From Methanobacterium sp. BRmetb2 (GTDB taxonomy: Archaea; Methanobacteriota; Methanobacteria; Methanobacteriales; Methanobacteriaceae): a DNA stretch of 32,000 nt. The notes under the pieces are model-generated. The model made no database searches, was not told where the DNA came from, and saw only the letters and a list, made by a program, of their open reading frames with translations. A program made the position numbers and the translations under genes. The DNA is taken from contig CP022705.1 in NCBI GenBank assembly GCA_003491285.1, positions 1,095,647 through 1,127,646 of the forward strand, in the 5' to 3' direction. Shown piece by piece: positions 1-7,667 of this stretch (the first letter of the stretch is position 1; every line of letters starts with the position of its first letter).

Positions 1-101
1 GATTACCTATCTTGTTCAAGGGAGGATATTCTAAACCGATTTGGAAATTTTATTCCAAATTTCATTAGTAATACTCTTACCTTGAACGAGGAGGCGGCAG
101 A

Positions 102-830
102 ATTAAGCGACACTCGCTATTTGCATTGTTATTAGCTTTGGGCATAACAATGCTTGCGATTCCATCCTCATTTGGGGGTGTGGATAGCGTAAATAATTAT
201 AAAAACGCAAAAATTGAATTAAATAACGACGAAATACAACAAGTAAGTGCAGCGACTTATAAAAAAGTATGGTACAAAAAGTACTATAAAAAGTACTATA
301 AAAAGTACTATAAAAAGTACTATAAAAAGTACTATAAAAAGTGGTACAAATCTGGCGGGCGCTGGAGATACTACTGGAAATCGTATTGGAAGTCTTATTG
401 GACATATAAATATGTGAAGAAATCTAGCAGTGTAAGCGCAGCTAGTACTTCATCTTCTAAGACTTATAAAACCAGTTCTTCCAGTTCTGATTCTGTTTCA
501 ACCACTGGATTAAGTTTTACGGCGAGTTATATCAACCGAAACTATAACCACCGATACGGAGCTTCTACAACTGCATCTGGTGTTCGTAGAACTGGTTATG
601 GTGATTGTTGGGGATTAGCAGATTTAGCTGCCCAGGAATTAAAGAAGAAAGGTTACACAGTTCGTGTAGTCCAAGGTGCGAGCCGAGAATCAGCTCGACA
701 CAGATGGGTTCAGTATAAGTCTGGTGGTAAGTGGAAGACTTTTGAATCGACCATGGTCACCAAAAAGTATGGTTCCAAACACTATTCCTATGCCATAGCC
801 ACTGCAAGAACAGTAATCAAATACTACTAA
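102..830 (+). CDS. Secreted small paralog A: signal peptide, K/Y/W-rich (KKYY)n repeat, Ser/Thr linker, C-terminal minimal transglutaminase/Pei-like cysteine-peptidase-type core
   Basis: The ORF track gives 126..830 (TTG). The frame stays open upstream to ATT at 102, which follows GGAGG (90-94) by 7 nt, the same layout as in four paralogs. The N-terminus IKRHSLFALLLALGITMLAIPSS is signal-peptide-like. The C-terminus GYGDCWGLADLAAQEL...HRWVQY...KWKTFEST aligns with the G-x-C / H-x-W / W-x-T-x-(D/E)-x-T core of the transglutaminase domains in the genes ending at 10076 and 12598. Confidence 0.8.
   Translation: MKRHSLFALLLALGITMLAIPSSFGGVDSVNNYKNAKIELNNDEIQQVSAATYKKVWYKKYYKKYYKKYYKKYYKKYYKKWYKSGGRWRYYWKSYWKSYWTYKYVKKSSSVSAASTSSSKTYKTSSSSSDSVSTTGLSFTASYINRNYNHRYGASTTASGVRRTGYGDCWGLADLAAQELKKKGYTVRVVQGASRESARHRWVQYKSGGKWKTFESTMVTKKYGSKHYSYAIATARTVIKYY
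262..347 (+). repeat. In-frame 12-bp tandem repeat AAAAAGTACTAT, 5 perfect copies (276..335) flanked by degenerate copies; encodes (KKYY)5
   Basis: Counted directly in the sequence. Perfect units lie at 276-287, 288-299, 300-311, 312-323 and 324-335. Variants aaagtatggtac and aaaaagtggtac flank them. Paralog B (1429..2097) has only about one perfect unit at the same place. Confidence 0.95.
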
Positions 831-853
831 ATAAAATTGTAAAACAAACAGAA

Positions 854-880
854 GAGGTTTCAAATAACCTCATTTTTTTT
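854..880 (+). terminator. Hairpin plus oligo-T terminator after paralog A
   Basis: GAGGTT (854-859), loop tcaaat, AACCTC (866-871), then T8 (873-880), about 25 nt after the stop codon. Confidence 0.6.
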
Positions 881-1300
881 ATTTTTCTTTATTTTTATAA
901 AAAAATTATTATTTGTTATAAAATCTTTATAATTGTTATAATCCATTGCTAAATCATTTTTAAAAGGATTTTGATTGAGTTGATTCCATGTTTTCCATGC
1001 AAATATTGAAAATATATATATATAAATTGCATTAAAGCAGTTTTTTTCAATGACATTAACGTTTAAAAGGTTTTTTTCCTTATTTTAAACTCAAATAAGT
1101 GTGTTTTATATTTGGAGCGGTACCCAGCTTTTGAAACCAATCATATTTAACCATTTAAGTTGAAACGGGTTTGTATAATGTTTTAATCTTAAAAATGGAG
1201 CATAATTTACAGATTTTTATATTCTGCTAATATAATCTTATATTAAAATGTTTTATATGTTAAAAAGAGTTTTAAAACTGCTTTTTTTCCAAAATTAAAA

Positions 1301-1315
1301 CGCAATGTTTATATA
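1301..1315 (+). promoter_or_regulatory. Putative archaeal TATA box (TTTATATA at 1308-1315) for paralog B
   Basis: This is a consensus-like archaeal TATA box inside a block conserved upstream of all paralogs visible in the window (aatgttttatat...gcttttttt...tttatata). It lies about 120 bp upstream of the ATT start. Confidence 0.45.
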
Positions 1316-1428
1316 TAGTGATATTATGATTCATTTATAGTTCAAAAGTAAGTGGAAGGCTGTAATAAATAGAAAATGATATTCTGTTTTTTAATATAAG
1401 TCTTACTCTTGAATAAGGAGGCGGTATA

Positions 1429-2097
1429 ATTAAGCGACACTCGATATTTGCATTGCTATTTGCTTTGAGCATAGCAATGCTTGCTGTCCCATCCTCTGTT
1501 GTGGGCATGGATGGCGATAATATTCAAGACAACACGAAAGTTGAATTAGATAATAAAGAAATACAACAAGTAAGTGCAGCGACTTATAAAAAAGTATATT
1601 ACAAAAAGTACTATAAAAAATGGTACAAATCGTATGGACGTTGGAAATACTATTGGAAATCTTACTGGACATACAAGTATGTGAAGAAATCTAGTAGTGT
1701 AAAAGCAACTAGTACTACATCTTCTAAGACCTATAAATCTGGTTCTTCCAGTTCTGGATCAGTTTCAACCAGTGGATTAAGTTCTACGGCGAGTTATATC
1801 AACCGGAATTATAATCATCGTTCTGGAGCTTCAACTACTGCATCTGGTGTTCGTAGAACTGGTTATGGTGATTGTTGGGGATTAGCAGATTTAGCTGCCC
1901 AGGAATTAAAGAAGAAAGGTTACACAGTTCGTGTAGTCCAAGGTGCGAGCCGAGGATCTTCCAGACACAGATGGGTTCAGTATAAGTCTGGTGGTAAGTG
2001 GAAGACTTTTGAATCGACCATGGTCACCAAAAGATATGGTTCCAAACACTATTCCTATGCCATAGCCACTGCAAGAACAGTAATCAAATACTACTAA
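1429..2097 (+). CDS. Secreted small paralog B (same architecture as A, shorter K/Y/W repeat)
   Basis: The ORF track gives 1453..2097 (TTG), extended in frame to ATT at 1429 after GGAGG (1417-1421) plus 7 nt. Positions 1838..2097 are colinear with 571..830, with only about 8 mismatches. Confidence 0.8.
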   Translation: MKRHSIFALLFALSIAMLAVPSSVVGMDGDNIQDNTKVELDNKEIQQVSAATYKKVYYKKYYKKWYKSYGRWKYYWKSYWTYKYVKKSSSVKATSTTSSKTYKSGSSSSGSVSTSGLSSTASYINRNYNHRSGASTTASGVRRTGYGDCWGLADLAAQELKKKGYTVRVVQGASRGSSRHRWVQYKSGGKWKTFESTMVTKRYGSKHYSYAIATARTVIKYY

Positions 2098-2110
2098 GTT
2101 GAATTATTAT

Positions 2111-2210
2111 AGTAATCGGATATTACTAATTAAAATAAGTTTAAATGTAATCGGATATTACTATGCTGAATTTAACTTAATTAACTTAATAGTAACTAAG
2201 ATATTACTAA
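2111..2210 (+). repeat. Three direct copies of a hairpin-capable 17-18 bp element (GTAATCGGATATTACTA)
   Basis: Perfect copies lie at 2112-2128 and 2147-2163, with a degenerate copy at 2192-2209. Each perfect copy contains AGTAAT-cggat-ATTACT (6-bp stem). The element starts immediately downstream of the paralog B stop codon. Confidence 0.7.
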
Positions 2211-2224
2211 ATAAAGAATTAGTT

Positions 2225-2270
2225 GAGAGGTTTTAAAATCTCTCTTTAACTTATTTATTTTAATTTTTTA
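2225..2270 (+). terminator. Possible hairpin / T-rich terminator after paralog B
   Basis: GAGAG (2225-2229), 10-nt loop, CTCTC (2240-2244), followed by a T-rich tract ending in T6. Confidence 0.35.
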
Positions 2271-2727
2271 AAAAAGCAAAAGCCACGTTAAATTAGATTT
2301 AACCACTATTTAGATTTTATTATTAATTAAAAATTTATGATGGATTGTTTTTGTATACAAAATTATTTTAATAGAGAAATAGTGTTGAAAAAATGGTTAT
2401 TCAAATTAATTAGTGATAGCTACATCTATTCTATTCTAATAATTCAATTTATATTGTTTTTAAATTGTTTAAATTAATAAAATTAGCCAGAATATTCTTT
2501 TTTTTAGAATTTTAGGATAATTTCAAAGGAATTGTAATTTAAGCCTATTTAATTTTTTTGAATTAGCTATTAAATGGTGACTTATAAAAATGTAAAACAT
2601 TATAACTTTTTAATCATGAAAATGGTCTATAAATTATAGACTTTGAGATTAAGGTTATTTATTCTTTTATTAGAATGTTTTATATATTAAAAAGAGTTCT
2701 AAAACAGCCTTTTTTTTAAAATTAAAC

Positions 2728-2742
2728 CACAATATTTATATA
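2728..2742 (+). promoter_or_regulatory. Putative TATA box (TTTATATA at 2735-2742) for paralog C
   Basis: Same conserved block as at 1301-1315, about 120 bp upstream of the ATT start at 2857. Confidence 0.45.
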
Positions 2743-2856
2743 TAATCAGAATATGATTATTTTTATTGTTCAGACGAAGGACTTAAAAAACTTAATATAA
2801 TTAGAAAAATTTTTTATTTTTCAAGAGGGTCCACGTTTGAATGAGGAGGCGGTATA

Positions 2857-4320
2857 ATTAAGCGAGAGAAGAAATTTTTCGCGGCGTTAATAGCATGCAG
2901 CTTTTTGATGCTTTTTTCAATGGCTGGAGTTAATGCTGCAGAAAACGATTCTACATATACAAATATAACAAATGATAACATAATTCAAGAAGATCAGACG
3001 AATTCTACAATTAATGGCACTGAAGATCAGACAGATACTACTACATATCAAGCTAGTGCTGAGGATCCTACTGGTTTTGTAACTGTTGAAGAAGTTGAAA
3101 CAGCTGCAACTAACCTTAAAAATTATGTGGAAACACATAAAACTTTACCAGACACTATAGAAGTTGGATCAAAGACATTAACTATGGCCCAATTTTTAAA
3201 AGTTTTATTGACAACTACAATACATTTAGATCAAGGCATAATTGATTCAATAAACATTGACGCAGTGGATGATGCACCAAACCCTGCAGGTCAAAATATC
3301 TCAGACAACATTCTAAAATCAGGATACTTAGAAGATGCTATCAATATACTTAATTTCATGGATTCCTATGGAAGGGCACCAAACTATTGGAGTACTTCGA
3401 TTGGTAATCTACGGTTTGAAAATCTGGTACTTAGTTATGCTAATATCATGGATTTCAATGAGAATAATAATCGACTACCAAACTACACTAAGATTCGATC
3501 ATCCGATTTCAAATGGCCTGTGACTGTTGAAGAAATTGAAACAGCATCTATTTACCTTAAAAATTATGCGAACTCACATAAAGCTTTACCGGCGACTATT
3601 CAGGTTGGTTCCAACTCATTGACTATGTCTGAGTTTTTGAGGGTTTTAATGACAACCGTGATAAATTTAGATCAAAATGTATCTACACCAGTTGATATGG
3701 ATAATGTGAATAATGCGCCTAGTCCAGCAGGTGTGGTTATTTCAGGTAATATTCTAAAATCAGAGTATCTAAAAAATGCTACTACTATTCTAAATTTCAT
3801 AGATTCCAATGGAAGAGCACCAAATTATACGAATACTTCATTTGGTAATCTAAGGTTTGAATATATGGTGTATAATTTTGCTAAAATCATGGATTTCCAC
3901 AAAGATTACAATAGACTACCTAACTATACTATAGTCCAAACATCTGCAATGAGTTATGAATTAAAAGAAAATTATTCTTATTCAGTTTCAACTAGTGGTT
4001 TGAATGCAGTGGCCCGATATATAAATCAAAACTTCAATCACCGTTCTGGAGCTTCTACTACAGCAGCAGGTGTTTTAAAAACTGGTTATGGTGATTGTTG
4101 GGGATTAGCAGATTTGGCTGCCCAGGAGTTAAGTAAGAGTGGTTACAAAGTTCGTGTAGTTCAAGGTGCAAGCAGTGGTTCTTATAATCACCGTTGGGTG
4201 CAGTACTATGCTTATGGTAAATGGAATACTTTTGAATCTACAATGATTACCCAAAGATACGGTTCCAAACATTACTCATATGCCATAGCATCGGTAAGAA
4301 CAGTAATCAAATATTATTAA
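2857..4320 (+). CDS. Secreted paralog C: signal peptide, acidic sequon-rich linker, 2 x 147-aa pseudomurein-binding-repeat (PMBR)-like units, C-terminal minimal transglutaminase/Pei-like core
   Basis: The ORF track start (TTG at 2905) leaves only MMLFSMAGVNA, too short for a signal peptide. The frame is open back to the stop at 2842-2844. No ATG, GTG or TTG lies between them. ATT at 2857 follows GGAGG (2845-2849) by 7 nt and gives IKREKKFFAALIACSFLMLFSMAGVNA|AE. The C-terminal 121 aa are homologous to the C-termini of A and B (GYGDCWGLADLAAQEL, HRWVQY, FEST). Confidence 0.85.
   Translation: MKREKKFFAALIACSFLMLFSMAGVNAAENDSTYTNITNDNIIQEDQTNSTINGTEDQTDTTTYQASAEDPTGFVTVEEVETAATNLKNYVETHKTLPDTIEVGSKTLTMAQFLKVLLTTTIHLDQGIIDSINIDAVDDAPNPAGQNISDNILKSGYLEDAINILNFMDSYGRAPNYWSTSIGNLRFENLVLSYANIMDFNENNNRLPNYTKIRSSDFKWPVTVEEIETASIYLKNYANSHKALPATIQVGSNSLTMSEFLRVLMTTVINLDQNVSTPVDMDNVNNAPSPAGVVISGNILKSEYLKNATTILNFIDSNGRAPNYTNTSFGNLRFEYMVYNFAKIMDFHKDYNRLPNYTIVQTSAMSYELKENYSYSVSTSGLNAVARYINQNFNHRSGASTTAAGVLKTGYGDCWGLADLAAQELSKSGYKVRVVQGASSGSYNHRWVQYYAYGKWNTFESTMITQRYGSKHYSYAIASVRTVIKYY
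3076..3957 (+). repeat. 2 x 441-bp intragenic PMBR-like units in paralog C
   Basis: Units 3076-3516 and 3517-3957 both begin xVTVEE(V/I)ETA...LKNY and end ...NRLPNYT. Each holds three PMBR-like motifs: LKNYVExHxxLPxTIxVG, ILNFxDSxGRAPNY and IMDFxxxxNRLPNY. Confidence 0.85.
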
Positions 4321-4352
4321 GAGGAAATTTCCTCTTTTTATTTTTATTTTTT
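4321..4352 (+). terminator. Hairpin plus oligo-T terminator after paralog C
   Basis: The palindrome GAGGAAATTTCCTC (4321-4334) directly follows the stop codon. T5, T5 and T6 runs come next. Confidence 0.6.
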
Positions 4353-4399
4353 AAAGGCTTTTTAAATTCCTAGATAAAAATAAGGCTTATTTAATATTT

Positions 4400-4662
4400 A
4401 ATGTTTAGATGGTTGGTGAGTAGTCCATTAGTTCTTTTTTAAATTATATCTTAATTCGAAGAGTTTATATTTATTGATTGTAATATTCAAAGTCCTTATT
4501 TTCTAAAAATAATATTTTTATTGCGATTATTAAATTAAAAATAATATAATGATGAGGGTGGACCCTACCTTTTTTATGAAAGCTTATTAGAAGTTTTTAA
4601 AATGGAAAAATAATCTCAGAAAAAGTTTTTTTTCAGAAATTTAATGAAAAAAAAATTATATA
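4400..4662 (+). repeat. Conserved upstream non-coding module, copy 1 (before paralog D)
   Basis: It shares ordered blocks with the copies at 7668-7974, 10147-10484 and 12675-13014: gagtttatatttattgatt, cttattttctaaaaataat, a GC-richer island, ttatgaaa.cttattagaa.gttttaaa.gg.aaaata, an A-run/T-run palindrome, then the TATA box. Confidence 0.7.
4649..4662 (+). promoter_or_regulatory. Putative TATA box (TTATATA at 4656-4662) for paralog D
   Basis: Homologous position to the TTTATATA boxes of the other paralogs, about 90 bp upstream of ATG 4747. Confidence 0.4.
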
Positions 4663-4746
4663 AGATATATATTAATAATTCTATAGTCCGCAAACATATG
4701 TAAAATCATATATATACAAATAAAAATTGGTGATACTATTACGCGA

Positions 4747-6174
4747 ATGAAGTTTTTCGTGGCTTTATTAGCATGCAGCTTTTTGATGCTTTTTTCAATG
4801 GTTGGAGTTAATGCTGTTGAAAACAATACTACAGATGGAACTGTAATAAATGATATTAATGTATTGGAAGAGGAAAACAACCCTTTACAGTCCAGTGATA
4901 CAGATTCTACAAGTAGTGACACTGAAGATCAGACAGATACTACTACATATCAAGCTAGTGCTGAGGATCCTCCTATTAATTCTGTAAGTATTGAAGAGGT
5001 TGAAGCAGCTTCTGTTTTTCTTAGTGGTTATGTAGCATCACATAATACTTTGCCAGAGACTATTCAGGTTGGATCATATACATTGACTATGGCTCAGTTT
5101 TTAAAAGTTTTATTGTATACTACACTGCAGTTAGATCAGGGAAATCACAATCCCATAAAAATTAGCGCGGTAAATAATGCATCTAATCCATCTGATATTA
5201 ATGTTTCAGGCAACATTTTAAAATCAGAATATTTAAGAAATGCTATCAATATTCTTTATTTCATGAAGGACTATGGAAGGGCTCCGAACTATTGGCTCAC
5301 TTCCTTGGGCAATCTTAGATATGAAGCTATTGTACTAAGTTATGCTAAAATCATTGATTTCCATGAATATTATAATAGGTTACCTAACTATATTAAAATC
5401 AGCCGATACGATTTTAATAATTATAATAATGTTCATGGAATATGGATACAATCAGCAAGTGTGTACACCCTAGAGGTTAGTGAATTAATAAAAATGGACA
5501 TAACTGATGTGTTTGTTATATGTAAAAGAACAGGTTCTAATATATACTCCACCATCCTTCCTATATTACTCAATAAACTTCAAGGAACCAGTATAAGAGT
5601 TCATGCATGGATAATCTGTTTCCATGATGATAGTGGTTTTATTGATCCTTCCAATGAAACCTATCAACAAGATCTGATTAATTACATCTCATTACTAATG
5701 AATAACTATAATATTGACGGTGTACATTTAGATTATGTCAGATATCCTGGCGATGCTTATAACCATAATGGGACTGAAGTAATAACTAACTTCGTTGAAG
5801 ATGTCTACAACAGAGTTAAATCCATTAATAATGGACTCGCAGTTTCTGCGGCGTTAATGCCCGAAAAAGAGTCTAATGCATATTATTATGGGCAGGATTA
5901 TGGGCTATTAGCTCCTTATCTGGACTTTATGGTGCCAATGATTTACAAGTATGAGTACACCCCAACCACTGCGTGGATAGCTAGCACTACCCAGTATATT
6001 GTGGGTCAAGCAGGGGACACTCCAGTAATAGCAGGATTACAAACTTACAATGATGATTATGAACCAATTCTTCCTGCAGAATTAAGAAATGATATAAATG
6101 TAGCGGTGGCTAACGGTTCTTGTGGATTTGCATTATTTAGGTATGGATTAATCCACGAAGATTTCACATACTAA
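4747..6174 (+). CDS. Secreted paralog D: signal peptide, acidic linker, one PMBR-like unit (4981-5421), C-terminal TIM-barrel glycoside-hydrolase-like domain (GHL10 / DUF4015 type)
   Basis: ATG start gives MKFFVALLACSFLMLFSMVGVNA|VE. GGTGAT (4729-4734) also sits 3 nt before an in-frame ATT at 4738. The C-terminal 250 aa contain IRVHAWIICF...YNIDGVHLDYVRYPG...MVPMIYKY...GFALFRY, which resembles the (HL)DY(V/I)R(Y/F)P signature of the glycosyl-hydrolase-like families. Confidence 0.85.
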   Translation: MKFFVALLACSFLMLFSMVGVNAVENNTTDGTVINDINVLEEENNPLQSSDTDSTSSDTEDQTDTTTYQASAEDPPINSVSIEEVEAASVFLSGYVASHNTLPETIQVGSYTLTMAQFLKVLLYTTLQLDQGNHNPIKISAVNNASNPSDINVSGNILKSEYLRNAINILYFMKDYGRAPNYWLTSLGNLRYEAIVLSYAKIIDFHEYYNRLPNYIKISRYDFNNYNNVHGIWIQSASVYTLEVSELIKMDITDVFVICKRTGSNIYSTILPILLNKLQGTSIRVHAWIICFHDDSGFIDPSNETYQQDLINYISLLMNNYNIDGVHLDYVRYPGDAYNHNGTEVITNFVEDVYNRVKSINNGLAVSAALMPEKESNAYYYGQDYGLLAPYLDFMVPMIYKYEYTPTTAWIASTTQYIVGQAGDTPVIAGLQTYNDDYEPILPAELRNDINVAVANGSCGFALFRYGLIHEDFTY

Positions 6175-6404
6175 TGGATTTAAATAATGATATAACTATA
6201 TTTCACACGGAACCACATTCTAAACCATTTTTTTATAATTTCTATTTTTTAAAATCTCAAAATATCACATTTTAGCATATTAATTTTGTAAATTAAAACT
6301 TATAACTTATAAGTGTAACACTTATAACTTATTACAACGATAAAAATGAAACCTCAATCAAATTAATCAAATTTTTTAAAATGAATAGGGTTTACATAAG
6401 TTTT

Positions 6405-7526
6405 TTAATCCAATGTTGCCTGATATACTCCTTTAAATTTAACAAATGGTTCAGCTCTTTTGATTACTGCTCCCAATTTTTTAAGTTCTTCTAATTTATT
6501 AAATACATGACCTTTTCTTTTTTCATGGAGTATTCTAAGAGCTGATATTTTACCAATACCCGGTACAGTTATCAATTCTTTAAAGGAGGCAGAATTTATT
6601 TCTACAGGAAATTTTTCAGGATTATTTAATGCCATCAAATATTTGGGATCTTCATCCACAGACAGGTTTCCCTCCCCATCAAAGATCAACTCGTTCAGAT
6701 TAAATCCGTAATAATTTATTAAATAATCTGCCTGATAAAGTCTCGGAGCTCTCATAGGTTCAGGTTTATCTAGATTTTCGAGAGGTGTTTCTTTTAGAGG
6801 TTGGAATGGACTGTAATAACTTCTTTTCATTCCAAAATTATTTGAAAGCCATTTGACTCTCTTAAGGATTTCTTCATCACTTTCATTATTAGCCCCTATA
6901 ATAAACTGGGTAGTTTGGCCAGAGGGCGCGAATTCTGGATTTTTATTAGATATCCTTTTTATCCACTTCATTCTTTTTAATATGTCTTTTTGATAATCTT
7001 TAGTAGAGGTTAGTTCTTGGAAACCATCAGGTGTTGCCGCTTCAATATTGATACTAACCCGATCAGACAGACTCATAGCTCTTTTAATCATATCATAAGA
7101 TGATCCTGGAAGAATTTTTAAATGAATGTAACCTTTATAACCATGATCAACTCTCAATAAACGAGTAACTTCAATCATTTTCTCCATGGTATTATCAATA
7201 TCTTTGGAAACACCAGAACTTAAAAAAAGACCATCAACCATGTTTTGGTAATAATAATCCAAAAATATATCACTAAGTTCTTCAGGACTATATTCTAACC
7301 TTGAAAACTTCCTTTTACTATGATTCGTGCAATATTTACAATCATTATTACATTTATTTGTCATTAAAACCTTAAAAAGTGGAATAAAACATCCATTAGG
7401 GGAAGTTGCATTATAAACTCCTGGAATTTCACCATTCTTAATATTTTCCACCGAAGGGGTAACATAATTGCACAGATCATATTGGGCAGAATCACTTAAA
7501 ATTTTCAACTTATTAATATTCATCAT
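6405..7526 (-). CDS. Radical SAM protein with C-terminal helix-hairpin-helix (putative DNA modification/repair radical SAM family)
   Basis: The CNNDCKYC (CxxxCxxC) cluster motif is present. The N-terminus KLKILSDSAQYDLC resembles the family signature. The C-terminus LITVPGIGKISALRIL is an HhH motif. Confidence 0.75.
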   Translation of the reverse strand: MMNINKLKILSDSAQYDLCNYVTPSVENIKNGEIPGVYNATSPNGCFIPLFKVLMTNKCNNDCKYCTNHSKRKFSRLEYSPEELSDIFLDYYYQNMVDGLFLSSGVSKDIDNTMEKMIEVTRLLRVDHGYKGYIHLKILPGSSYDMIKRAMSLSDRVSINIEAATPDGFQELTSTKDYQKDILKRMKWIKRISNKNPEFAPSGQTTQFIIGANNESDEEILKRVKWLSNNFGMKRSYYSPFQPLKETPLENLDKPEPMRAPRLYQADYLINYYGFNLNELIFDGEGNLSVDEDPKYLMALNNPEKFPVEINSASFKELITVPGIGKISALRILHEKRKGHVFNKLEELKKLGAVIKRAEPFVKFKGVYQATLD

Positions 7527-7667
7527 GTAAATTTTGTTTGAATCAATATAATTATTTTTCTCATATTTTTCAAGAGCTAATTAATGGATTAAACTAATTT
7601 AATCTAAAAATTATGATTAAATTTTTTATTAAAATGTTTTTAGGGTCTTTAATTATTTTTAATCTAC

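Noticed and set aside
103-405. 100-aa minus-strand ORF (and its twin at 1430..1672) containing STFYSTFY repeats
   Set aside because: It is the antisense shadow of the (KKYY)n tandem repeat and signal-peptide region of paralogs A and B. It has no RBS. The plus-strand frames carry the conserved domains.
1114-1141. Locally GC-richer patch (ggagcggtacccagcttttgaaacc) in the A-B intergenic region as a possible small RNA or tRNA fragment
   Set aside because: There is no cloverleaf or extended stem structure. It is not repeated in the other intergenic regions and is too short to assign.
4747-4810. LLAC in the signal peptide (KKFFVALLAC|S) as a lipoprotein lipobox
   Set aside because: The Cys lies only about 9-12 residues from the N-terminus, and a further hydrophobic stretch and a good VNA|AE signal-peptidase-I-type site follow it. 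A type I signal peptide is more plausible, although lipidation cannot be excluded from sequence alone.
4656-4922. Minus-strand ORFs overlapping the 5-prime ends of the paralogs (4656..4922, 10465..10683, 2917..3138, 9905..10099, 14144..14401) and plus-strand ORF 3335..3523
   Set aside because: They overlap the conserved plus-strand signal-peptide, linker and repeat coding regions. They are not conserved between paralogs in their own frames.
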